From the NCBI GenBank assembly GCA_951406725.2, contig OX597817.1, positions 150,164,001 through 150,228,000 of the forward strand: DNA of 64,000 bases, given 5' to 3'. A program made the position numbers and the translations under genes. This stretch comes from Octopus vulgaris. Its lineage: Eukaryota. How positions within the stretch are numbered: position 1 is the first letter of the stretch; each line of letters opens with the position of its first letter. Shown in pieces: positions 29,319 to 39,720 of the stretch. Under the pieces are notes generated by a model. It did no database searches and had not been told where the DNA came from. It was given only the letters and a program-made list of their open reading frames with translations.

Positions 29319-29894
29319 TTAAGAATCAATGACATAATTGGGATGGACAACAAGGAAAGGGTCATCTTCTCTAATAAGGGTCTCTTCTTTATGCTTGGAG
29401 ATGGATTTCAGCCCAGTCTGTTTTAGCTCTATGAGGACATGGTCGTGATGAATCAAACGATCGATGACCTTCTCAACAATAGTCTTACGTTCAATGAGTT
29501 CTGCTTCACTATCAATTTCTCCTTCGATTTCATGTAGGTACCAACCAATCAACTGACTGCGTCGAGTACCAGAATCAGCAGCCTCTTCTTGTTCTTCCAT
29601 ACGTCTCATGTTCAGCACCAACAAATTCGCCATATGTTTATATTCCTCGTATGTTAATTTCAAGCTTTTCTTTGGTTTGTCTGATTTGGGAGATTTTTCT
29701 TGTTCAGGAGAGCCAGATGGCACTGCATCTTCAGATACACCATTCTGTTCACTGTGTGGCACCTCTGAGGCTGGTTCCTCATCTACCTCCATAGCTTCAT
29801 CCCCTTCTTCTTCCAAATGAATGTCTGGCTGATCAACACGGATAATTGACTTGTTAAGCAAACGGAATGCTTCTTTCACATGTTTCGGTTGAAC
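29319..29894 (-). CDS. MCM6: MCM6 coding exon 2 (C-terminal winged-helix / Cdt1-binding region to stop)
   Basis: Acceptor tttttgtag at 29895 followed by VQPKHVKEAFRLLNKSIIRV...EIDSEAELIE...DPFLVVHPNYVIDS*. Joins in frame to exon 1, giving ~825 aa. Confidence 0.95.
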   Translation of the reverse strand, partial: VQPKHVKEAFRLLNKSIIRVDQPDIHLEEEGDEAMEVDEEPASEVPHSEQNGVSEDAVPSGSPEQEKSPKSDKPKKSLKLTYEEYKHMANLLVLNMRRMEEQEEAADSGTRRSQLIGWYLHEIEGEIDSEAELIERKTIVEKVIDRLIHHDHVLIELKQTGLKSISKHKEETLIREDDPFLVVHPNYVIDS

Positions 29895-30734
29895 CTACAA
29901 AAATTGGAAAATGGAAAAAATAATTTACTTCTTAAAACTTGCATTACTAACTACTAAAGTTTATAGTTATTAATTTAACAAAACATACAATATTTAATTT
30001 TTTTTAAAATTGTTTCAGGTGTAGGAGTGGCAGTGTGGCAAGTAGCTTGCTTACCAACCACATGGTTCCGGGTTCAGTCCCACTGCGTGGCACCTTGGGC
30101 AAGTGGATCTGGTAGACAGAAACTGAAAGAAGCCTGTCGTATATATGCATGCGTGTGAGTATGTTTGTCCACCCAACATCGCTTGACAACCAATGCTTGT
30201 GTGTTTACGTCCCCGTAACTTAGCGGTTTGGCAAAAGAGACCGATATAATAAGTACTAGGCTTACAAAGAATAAGTCTGGGGTTGATTTGCTTGACTAAA
30301 GGTGGTGCTCCAGCATGGCCACAGTCAAATGACTGAAATAAGTAAAAGAGTAAGAGTAACTTAAGAAGCTTTCTAAAAAAAAAAAAAAAAAAAAAAAAGA
30401 ATTTTATTCCTTGAAATCTAGGAAGTTTACAACTCTTGGTTCAGATCCTTCTTTTGTTAAATATCTAGTCTCAACAAATGTGTATTTTAATACTTAACTC
30501 TTAATTACAGTTATTACAATAAAATACTATCCTGGATAGTATTTTAAAGCAATTTTGTATTTATAAAATTAAGATGCCCAAGTTCTCTCAGAAAAATCTT
30601 AAACCCAATTCCTAGATGTGACTTCTCCAAGAGCCAAGAGAGTTCTGCGTAGTAGCTTGCAGTCAAATCTCCCTTAAAATTACATTTTACTGTCTTAAAA
30701 AAAATGACGGTCATATTGGACAATATATTCTTAC

Positions 30735-31201
30735 ATTATCTACATTTGACGGATATTTGTCCTCTCTTGTTTGTTGTTAACACAATATTTCGGCTGATAT
30801 ACCCTTCAGCCTGCATCAGGTGTTTTGGGGAAATTTCGAACCTGAGTTCTCATCCCTAAGGTATTTTTCGATGTTATTATTATCATTACTCAGATCACTC
30901 CTGGAATCGAATTCGGAATCTTGGGGTTAGTAGCCTGCGCTCTTAACCACTACGCCATATGACATAGTGGTTAAGAGCACGGGCTACTAGCCCCAAGATT
31001 CCGAGTTCCATTTCCAGGCAGTAACCTAAACAACAATGACATCGACATACCTTAGGAATGAGAACCCAGGTTCGAAATTTCTCCAAGACACCTGATGAAG
31101 GCTGGTGGGTATATCAGCTGAAACGTGTTAACAACAAACAAGATGAGGATAAATACCCATCAAATGTAAATAATTCCTCATCTCTTGAATATAGAACTGT
31201 A
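30735..31201. mobile_element. Head-to-head pair of a tRNA-headed element carrying a minimal hammerhead-like motif (Penelope-like fold-back)
   Basis: Arms 30735-30958(-) and 30959-31174(+); A box TGGCGTAGTGG and B box GTTC.ATTCC; CTGATGA-A-GGCTG-n10-CAGCT-GAAAC at 31092-31124. Confidence 0.7.
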
Positions 31202-31204
31202 TAA

Positions 31205-31915
31205 TAGAGACCGAGACCTCTGGAAGTGTGCTGTGCGCTAGAAGACCTGGCAGGACAAGTGAGTCCATAACCCGTGGCCTTCTACATGGGATGGAGCCAG
31301 CCTACGTATGCATACCTTCCCTTCTTGGGACACAAAACTCTACTTGTGAAGACCTGTTGAGGCAAGTGAGGATCAGAATCGAAATCGATCAATGGAAATT
31401 GCAGATGTGTTACCAGTGCCGGTGGCATGTCGAAACTCTACTTGTGAAGACCCGTTGAGGCAAGTGAGGATCAGAATCGAAATCGATCAATGGAAATTGC
31501 AGATGTGTTACCAGTGCCGGTGGCATGTCGAAACTCTACTTGTGAAGACCCGTTGAGGCAAGTGAGGATCAGAATCGAAATCGATCAATGGAAATTGCAG
31601 ATGTGTTACCAGTGCCGGTGGCATGTAAGAGAACCTTCCGTTTCGCGACCGTTGCCAGCCTCGCCTCGCCCTCGTGCCGGTGGCACATAAAAAGCACCAT
31701 CCGTTCGTGGCCGTTTGCCAGCTCTGTCTGGCACCTGTGCGGGTGGCACGTAAAAAGCACCCACTACACTCACGGAGTTGGCGTTAGGAAGGGCATCCAG
31801 CCGTAGAAACACTGCCAGATTTGACTGGTCCTGATGAAGCCTTCTGGCTTCACAGACCCCAGTAGAACCGTCCAACCCATGCTAGCATGGAAAACGGACG
31901 CTAAACGATGATGAT
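31205..31915 (+). mobile_element. RTE-LINE-related repeat family D with (GAT)n tail; other copies ~5122-5311, 13750-14010, 15157-15317(-), 21538-21720, 36836-37857, 46700-47185, 63648-63910
   Basis: Shared GGCACGTAAAAAGCACCCAC...GGCGTTAGGAAGGGCATCCAG...CCCATGCTAGCATGG...AAACGATGATG; preceded in several copies by residues matching an RTE ORF end (DRDLWRYAV). Confidence 0.7.
31335..31627 (+). repeat. Tandem repeat, 98-bp unit x3
   Basis: AAACTCTACTTGTGAAGACC... starts at 31335, 31433 and 31531; units nearly identical. Confidence 0.9.
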
Positions 31916-32276
31916 AATATATTCTCAGATATACAAAGGTTTGTGTTGATCTCAGAGTCAACTTTGGAGCTAAATAATACTTTCTCCAATAAATCATACA
32001 AATAACTAAATTTTCAAAAGTGTCCCAAAGTAGAACTCAACAATAACATTGCTGGGTCATTATATCTTTGAGGACCAATACCCACTTCTGAGCTGGCCAA
32101 CATATTAAGTCTTCTTTCATCTATCTATATCTTTCATACCAACTCAGCAATTTTTTTCCCTCCATTCATCAGTTATCAAGTTTTAAACCATGGATTTAAC
32201 CTTTACAGAAATTACTTTCTCAAAATGCATTAAATATGTTAAATAGAAAAGCAAAATAAAAAAAATGTTTTCCTAC

Positions 32277-34178
32277 CATTTCTTGGCAATAAAGTCGAGC
32301 CATAGCCTCTGAGAGTCGAATCAAACTTTCAAGTTGACGAACAGTTATTCTCCAAGAGGAGCGAGTTGCACCAGTGCCATCTCGTTGTCTAAGATGTTTG
32401 TATTCTTCAACCATGTATTCCATAGACTCTTTGCTGATCTTTGGTTTAAACTGTCGAGCAAACATAAGGTAACGTCGGATTTCTTCTACGGTGTAGGTAC
32501 GAACCACAGATTCTTCACAACGGCAATGCAAATCAACAATGCGAGTGGCAATTGCATAATCTATTGCTTCGTTGCATTCATCAACAAGAATGAAGAAGAG
32601 ATCAAATCTTGACATTATAGGTGCTGTCAGAGTTATATTCTGTTTCAAAGGTTTTGTCCTATCATAGCGACCCCCAATTGGGTTTGCAGCTGCCAAAATT
32701 GAAGTGCGAGCATTCAAAGTGGCCTTCACACCAGCTTTTGTGATTGAAATTGTTTGTTGTTCCATTGCTTCGTGAATGGCAACCTGATCTCTGGGATCCA
32801 TTTTATCAAACTCATCGATGCAGCAAACACCATTATCAGCTAACATAAGGGCACCAGCTTCAATCACAAACTCATGAGATTCTTCGTCACGAACAACAGC
32901 AGCAGTGAGACCGGCAGCACTACTAGCTTTTCCACTCGTGTAAACAGCTCGAGAACTGAACTCTTCCACTTGCTTTAACAGCTGACTTTTTGCAGTACTA
33001 GGGTCACCGACAATACACACATTGATGTCCCCTCTCAAGTTCGTTTGTTCAGTTGTCACTTTTGGCACTCCACCAAACAACATCAACAAAACCCCACGCT
33101 TAATTTCTTCACAACCATGAATTGTAGGAAAAAGACTTGAACAGAGGTTTTGGTACAGGTTTTTATCAAGACTCATCTCATATATTTTATGCCATTCTTC
33201 ATCAGTCATCTGTTTCTTAAGAGCCTGAGCAGTAATCTCTTCATCTTTATTTTCTCGGTTACCTCCAAGTCTAGGGTTACTTGGTGTCACTGTACAAGCA
33301 AGGAAGGCTAATTTATATGTTAGATCTCGCACACCAAGGGCCTTAAGGCCCCTGATCCCTTCAGTCTCATAGCCTTCATTTCCTTTCATTCTTGTGGAGG
33401 TTTCAGCACGTGCTCCAGGTACAGTGATCTGGGATACATCAGGGACCACAATCAGGGTACCTGTGAAATCACACTTGTCACCAGCCTGGGCCATTTCAAC
33501 AGCTTCAGCTCGCATGATGACTTCCAGACTTCTGGGAATGCTACCTCTTGGCAATTCCGACTGGGTTTCCTGGACCCTGGCCTTTTGAAAATCAACAAAT
33601 CTGGATTTATTAACATCCAAAAGAAATTTCGTTCTATTATTACAGACAGGGTTCCGGCATATGCTGGGTTGCGTGTACTTAAATTGCTGTTCAACATCTT
33701 TGATAACTGTGCGACACTCTAAGCACATGAAAGTTCCAGAAACTAGTTCTGGATGGACTGGATGAGTACGAACAACTTGACAGGATATACGAAGCAAGGT
33801 ACCAATTTTAGCAGCTGTGAGATCTCGAACCTTTAAAGTAGTCGGTACATCCATAAAACTCACGTAGAACTCTTTAGAAGGAGGAACATGACCATGATCC
33901 TGAGCAAAATTACGCAGAGCAAGACACAAGTATGGATAAACACGATAATATTCTTCTAATATGGTTGTTGCCAACTGTTGATTGTAATTTTCTATGTCCT
34001 CAAAGCTCACCGACAATGTGTTTCGCTCCGGACGTATCAATTCTTGAACCTCAGGTAAGTATTTTAACTCTCCATCAACTGTAAATTCTTCCAGAAAATC
34101 CTGAAACAATTTCTGGCACCGTTCTCCAACTTGATCTTTAACCTGGTTAGTACGCTGTGTCTGTTCAGCAGCATCCAT
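32277..34178 (-). CDS. MCM6: DNA replication licensing factor MCM6, coding exon 1 (634 codons)
   Basis: MDAAEQ...[13 protein letters not shown]-terminus; zinc finger (CLEC...CRNPVC); Walker A GDPSTAKS; Walker [10 protein letters not shown]; arginine finger SRFD; sensor 2 ITVRQLES. Acceptor ttttccccag at 34222 (5' UTR intron); phase-0 donor ATG|gtagga at 32277/32276. Confidence 0.97.
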
Positions 34179-34815
34179 TTTCAAACTGCAAATCTATAGC
34201 AGAAGCTGAACAATTCTTGATCTGGGGAAAAAAAAAAAATAAACATAAGATTCAATGATTTTTATTACTATTACATTTTTTATGCTTTAAATGTACAGCA
34301 CCTTAACATTACCAGGTGTTGGGATAGGGGGAATCATAATTATAAGCCAAGAACTCAGTCTCATCACCATTGTTTAACGTCCAACTTCCATGCTGGCAGG
34401 GGTTGGACGGTCTAACAGAAGCTGACCAAGCAGAAGACTCCACCAAACTTCTGTGACTGTTTTGGCACGGTTTTTACAGCTGGATGCACTTCCGAACACC
34501 AACCATCACCCCACGGAGTGGATAGTCTATGAGAAGAAAACTGTTTATTACATCACACATGTGAGACCCTATTACATTTATATTTAGTATGTAGATTGCA
34601 CTCACAAGGACCTTTCGTCAATTTTTATAATCAACATTACTACAGTGCCCCATTCCGTTTATGTGTGTGTGTAACAATGTATGAATGTATACTGAATGTA
34701 AAGACAAACAGAAGGTCTGCAATTCTTTATCAGTTATCAACCAATTGGTACTGTTCAGTTTTGCACCTTTAACGATAAGCCTGAATGCAGAGAATTAGGG
34801 ATAAAAACAAACAAA

Positions 34816-36798
34816 ACAAGTCTACCTTTTACTCTGAGCAAGAGGCCCTTTGTCACCAACAGAGATAGGAACTCTCTGAACTTTGCCCAGTCTATTCTTA
34901 TTCTAGCAGCTACACTCTCGGAGCAACCATCCCCACTACTGACTTGGTCACATAGGTAAAGGAAGCTATCAACTACTTGTAGCTTTTCCCCCTGGAATGT
35001 AACAGAGACTGTTTTCTGCACATTTTCAGCATTTACTGCCCCTGAGCATGAAAACTATCTTCTCAGTTAGTCTTTGATATTGCTGCACCTCTTATGTGTC
35101 CATAGCTCACACTGGGTACATCGGATGGAGCTTCTACCTATGCCTTGTCTACAGATCTAGCAAGGCCATCTACCTGAAGGGATTTGTGGTTTGTCTGCCT
35201 TCCTACTTATTAAGATTTTGGTTTTTGCTAGATTGACTCTAAGGCCCTTTGATTCTAGACCTTGCTTCCACACCTGAAACTTCTCTTGTTGTGATAGTGA
35301 CTCAGCAATTAGAGCAAGGTCATCAGCATAGAGAAGCTCCCAGGGGCATCCTGCCTGGAATTCCTGTTATTGCCTGGACGACTATGATGAATAAGAGGGG
35401 GCTGACGACTGATCCTTGGTGGACCCTACTCCTACCCGGAATTCTTCACTGTACTCATTGCCAACCCTCACCTTACTGACAGCATCCCTGTACATGGCTT
35501 GTATAGCTCTCACTCATCTATCCCTATTTTCCACATTGCGCACCAGATAAGGGATCAGGAGACCTTGTCAAAGACTTTTTCCATGTCAACAAAAGCCAAG
35601 TACAAAGGTTTATCTTTGGCTAGGTATTTCTCCTGCAGCTGTCTTACAAGAAATATAGCATCAGTGGTGCTTTTCCCTGTCACAAGCCCAAACTACATCT
35701 CATCTAGACTGACTCTCTCCCTAATTAGTCGGGCTATGACCCTCTCCATGACTTTCATTACCTGATCCAACAACTTGATGCTTCTGTAATTATTCATATT
35801 TAATGCATCACCCTTACCTTTGTAGCAGTTGACTATGGCGCTGCTACACCAGTCATTGAGTATGACTCCTTCATGTAATCACCTGATTGACTATACAGAT
35901 GATGAGACTATAGCCGACACCGATGGATATTTGAAGCATCTCTGCAGTGATTCCTGATGGGCCAGGGGTTTTCCCTGTCTTCATACCCTTAATTGCTTTA
36001 TCTACCAAGGTACTGTCAATTCAGATAGCTAGTCCCTCTGTTGGGTTGACATTTGGCAGACTCTCTTTCTCCTATTCATTCTCTTCATTTAGCAACCTTT
36101 CATAGTGGCATCTCCAAGTCTCTCACCTTGCAGCCTCAATGCGGACACATTTTTCTTCTATGACATCACGATTCTCTCTCACACAGTCTTGCCACACAAA
36201 ACACTTCAAGTCTTTGGTCCTCACGATGCAAAAAATTGTCAAATTTTTTCTTATCTGCTTCCTCTCTGGCTAAGTGAACCTATCTCCTAGCTTCCTTCTG
36301 GCAATCGGATACTGTTCCCTGCAAACACCCTTCTTCCAGTCCTTCCATGCCAGTTTCTTTACCTTAATGGCCCAGTCAACTACACTGTTCCACCACCACG
36401 TTACCTTGGGTTGAGAGGGGACTTTGCACCATCTACAGATCTTGTCAGTAGCCCTCAACATGTTGTCCTGTATAAACCTCCAGTTGTCTTCCACATTATG
36501 TGATGCTATATCCCCCCGTATTTTGTGAAAGGCTTCAAGTAATACATCTCTAAACCTCTGTCCATTCGCAGGATCCTTAAGCTTCCAGACCCTTTTTCGC
36601 CATGCTGGCCATCCACTTAGCCCTGATCCTGAAGTCACTAACTACTAATTTATGTTGTGGGATGCATTCTTTACCTGGGAAGGTTTGGCATTTATAAGTA
36701 GCCATCTTTCCTGTTTCCTGGCCATGATGTAATCAATTTGACTAGTGTGTCCACCAGATTGGTAGGTGAGTAGGTGGCTGGCAAGTTTCCTGAACTTC
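34816..36798 (-). pseudogene. Decayed RTE-clade LINE ORF2 (end of endonuclease plus reverse transcriptase) in the MCM6 5' UTR intron
   Basis: Frameshifted pieces TYQSGGHTSQIDYIMAR, KVTWWWNSVV, KSTTDAIFLVRQLQEKYLAKDKPLYLAFVDMEKVFD, PWELLYADDL and FLYL.DQVSSG.GCSESVAARI. Confidence 0.85.
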
Positions 36799-39612
36799 AT
36801 ATTACAATATATGCATATATATATATATATATTTCCCTGTGCCAGTGGCACACAAAAAGCACCGTTCAAGTACAGTTGTTGCCAGTGCTGCCTGACTAGC
36901 TGCCATGCAGGTGGCATGTAAAAGCACCATTCAAACGTGGTCAATGCTAGTACTACCTGATTGGCCCTCATGCTGGTGGCACGTAAAAAGCACCCACTAC
37001 ACTCTCGAAGTGGTTGGCATTACGAAGGGCATCCAGTTGTAGAAACCTTGCCAGCATGGAAAGCAGACGTTAAACAATGATGGTGACGACCTTCGAACTT
37101 TAGGCCTCACTGAGGAAATGACCAGCAACCGAGACCTTTGGAAATATGCTGTACGTGAGAAGACCAGGCAGGACAAGTGAGCCCAGCCCACTTATGAATG
37201 CCTTTCCTCCCTTGGACACAAAGACCTGTTGAGGCAAGCAAAGTCGATATAGAACCTCATCCGACGACAGGCACTCATGCCAACCCCCTTTGCTTGCGAA
37301 GACATGTTGGGGCAAGCGAAATCGAATTGAACCAGCCAGGATCCCTGGTCTGGTGGTACGTAAAAAGCACTATCCGACTCGTGGTCGATGCCAGCGGCGC
37401 CTCAACTGGCTTCCGTGCCGGTGGCACGTAAAATACACCAATCCGACCGTACGACAGGCACCCATGCCAACCCCCTTTGCTTGCGAAGACATCTTGGGGC
37501 AAGTGAAATCAAAATCGAATTGAACCAGCCAGGATCCCTGGTCTGGTGGTACGTAAAAAGCACTATCCGTCTCGTGGCCGATGCCAGCACCGCCTCGACT
37601 GGCTTCCATGCCTGTGGCACATAAAATACACCAATCCGACCGTGGCCGTTGCCAGCCTCGCCTGGCACCTGTGCAGGTGGCACGTAAAAAGCACCCACTA
37701 CACTCATGGAGTGGTTGGCGTTAGGAAGGGCATCCAGCTGTAGAAACATTGCCAGATAAGACTGGAGCCTGGTGCAGCCTTCTGGCTTCCCGGATCCCCG
37801 GTCGAACCGTCCAACCCATGCTAGCATGGAGAACGGACGTTAAACGATGATGATGATACATTGATATACAAGCCATATTTTCTTGAGATCTAATAAGGTT
37901 GAAACATGCCTGTTGTGTTGACCAGTTGATTTTAATGACAAGATTCACTCCTATTTGTATCACCTTCATTTTCCAAAAGATTTCGTCATATTGGAGTAAT
38001 CACTCTTTTTTTACATTCTAAACACCTCTAAAGAGAGTTTTACCTGTTAATTGAATAAATAACATCACTACATTACACATGTAAGACCCTAATCTATGCA
38101 TATTTAGTATGCAGAACACTTTACTAAGGTGTTTTCTCCACAGTCTTCGGCTGTAGAAATTGTTTAGCTCCAGGACTATGATAAAGATCATTCCAATGAT
38201 TAATCTTTTTTAAGGCCCATATCTGAAACTAACATTATCAAATGTCTTCCCCTCTCACTCCCTTTTTAAAATGTGTGATTTGAGGGAACTTGTCAACAGC
38301 TTCAAGCAAAATGAATGACTGTGTAGATACTCGAAATTTTATATTATTTTTAGGTATCTTATGAAAGTATTCCCAGTTCTATATTATTGTGAATGCAAGT
38401 CATCTGTTCCTGACTTCTATTTTAGCCTCTCGAGATCTGGCATAAAGCCACCTCACCCTCTACTACAATTTCACTCGCAAGTGCAGGTGTAACAAAAAGG
38501 ATCCAGTACATTATAAAGAGATTAGGGTTAGGAAGGGCATCCAGCGATAGAAACTATGCCAAAGCAGACACTGGAACTTGGCACATCCCTCTAGCACGTT
38601 GGATCCTGTTAAAGCGTCCAACCTATGTCAGCATGAGTTGCAGATAACTGTGACAGAGAGAATAACTCCAATTTGAAAGGAGCCTTCAGATATAGGGCGG
38701 CAATGTGTGAGGGAATGCCATCTTCAGATGTTTGCTCAAAGAACAGTCTCTTCGGACGTTACTACGTTGGTCCCTAAATTTTCCATGATTTTCTCCATTA
38801 ATGTTAAAAGACTTGTAAATTAGCTGGTAATTTAATCTATTTATTTTAATCTCGTTTGTAGAATAATTATTTCAAGGAGCCAGTGAGGAAGCATCAGCAT
38901 GGTCGCTCGACCTGCAAGAAATAGCACCCAACTCTCCATCAAATCATAACCTAGAGCTGAAAAAGAAGGGATCACTGGATAGTATAGTTTTTCTACATAT
39001 ATTAAGTCACAGATGGAATTCGTCCGATCACAGATATGCTCGATAAGGACTAACCTAGGGTTAAAAAGCAACAAATCTCAATTTGATTTATTTTGTTCAA
39101 CTCATTGTGCATCTGGTGGAACAGAATTTGGAAATAAAATTCTCCTCTCATAAATATTAAACTTTCGTTTATTCATTTATTTTTTTTCATGCAATCTGTT
39201 GTACAATTAAATCCTGTACGCCATGTTAGTAAAAATATACGACTTTTGAAGAAAACGTATATAATTGAAAATTTGAATACAATTATAATTTAAATAGTAA
39301 ATATACCATTAAATCAAATTACTGATTCACAAAAGGAAATACAGTTAATAGCAATAAATAATAAATATAAAACTTTTGCAAGTAGTTTCTCAAATCGAAT
39401 AAGAAGCTAGGATAAAATAACAAGGATAATGGTTGCTCGAGGCAGAATAGCTCATGTGGTACTGACATAAATAATAAAACTCATACTTAAGAAATATTAA
39501 ATTTAATAAAATCGGAATGAGTCTGAGAGATGAAAATATGGTAATCAAAACTTTCGTGAATAAAACAATAAATATAAAACTGAATCAGTTTTAAGTTGTG
39601 AGAGTGACTTAC

Positions 39613-39720
39613 CGAAATAAAGCACTGCAGAATGAACACAAAGTAAACTTTTGCGCGCGAAAAGTTTCGCGCGGTTTTAGGTGTCAATGCAAATAATGAC
39701 TTGGCGATATTAATTCCGGC
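39613..39720 (-). promoter_or_regulatory. Putative MCM6 promoter and non-coding exon 1 with E2F sites
   Basis: Minus-strand donor CG|GTAAGT at 39613/39612 (alternative donor GTATGA at 39486); TTTTGCGCGCGAAAA at 39649-39663 and TTTCGCGCGG at 39665-39674. MCM genes are classic E2F targets. Confidence 0.7.

Noticed and set aside
30959-31030. tRNA gene (anticodon-loop-like CTACTAA/G)
   Set aside because: Degenerate acceptor stem and embedded in a multi-copy repeat; treated as a SINE head rather than a functional tRNA.
32220-32276. C-terminal extension [18 protein letters not shown] of the 654-aa ORF (and its TTG start at 34184)
   Set aside because: Read-through into the intron past the GT donor; the true start is the ATG at 34178.
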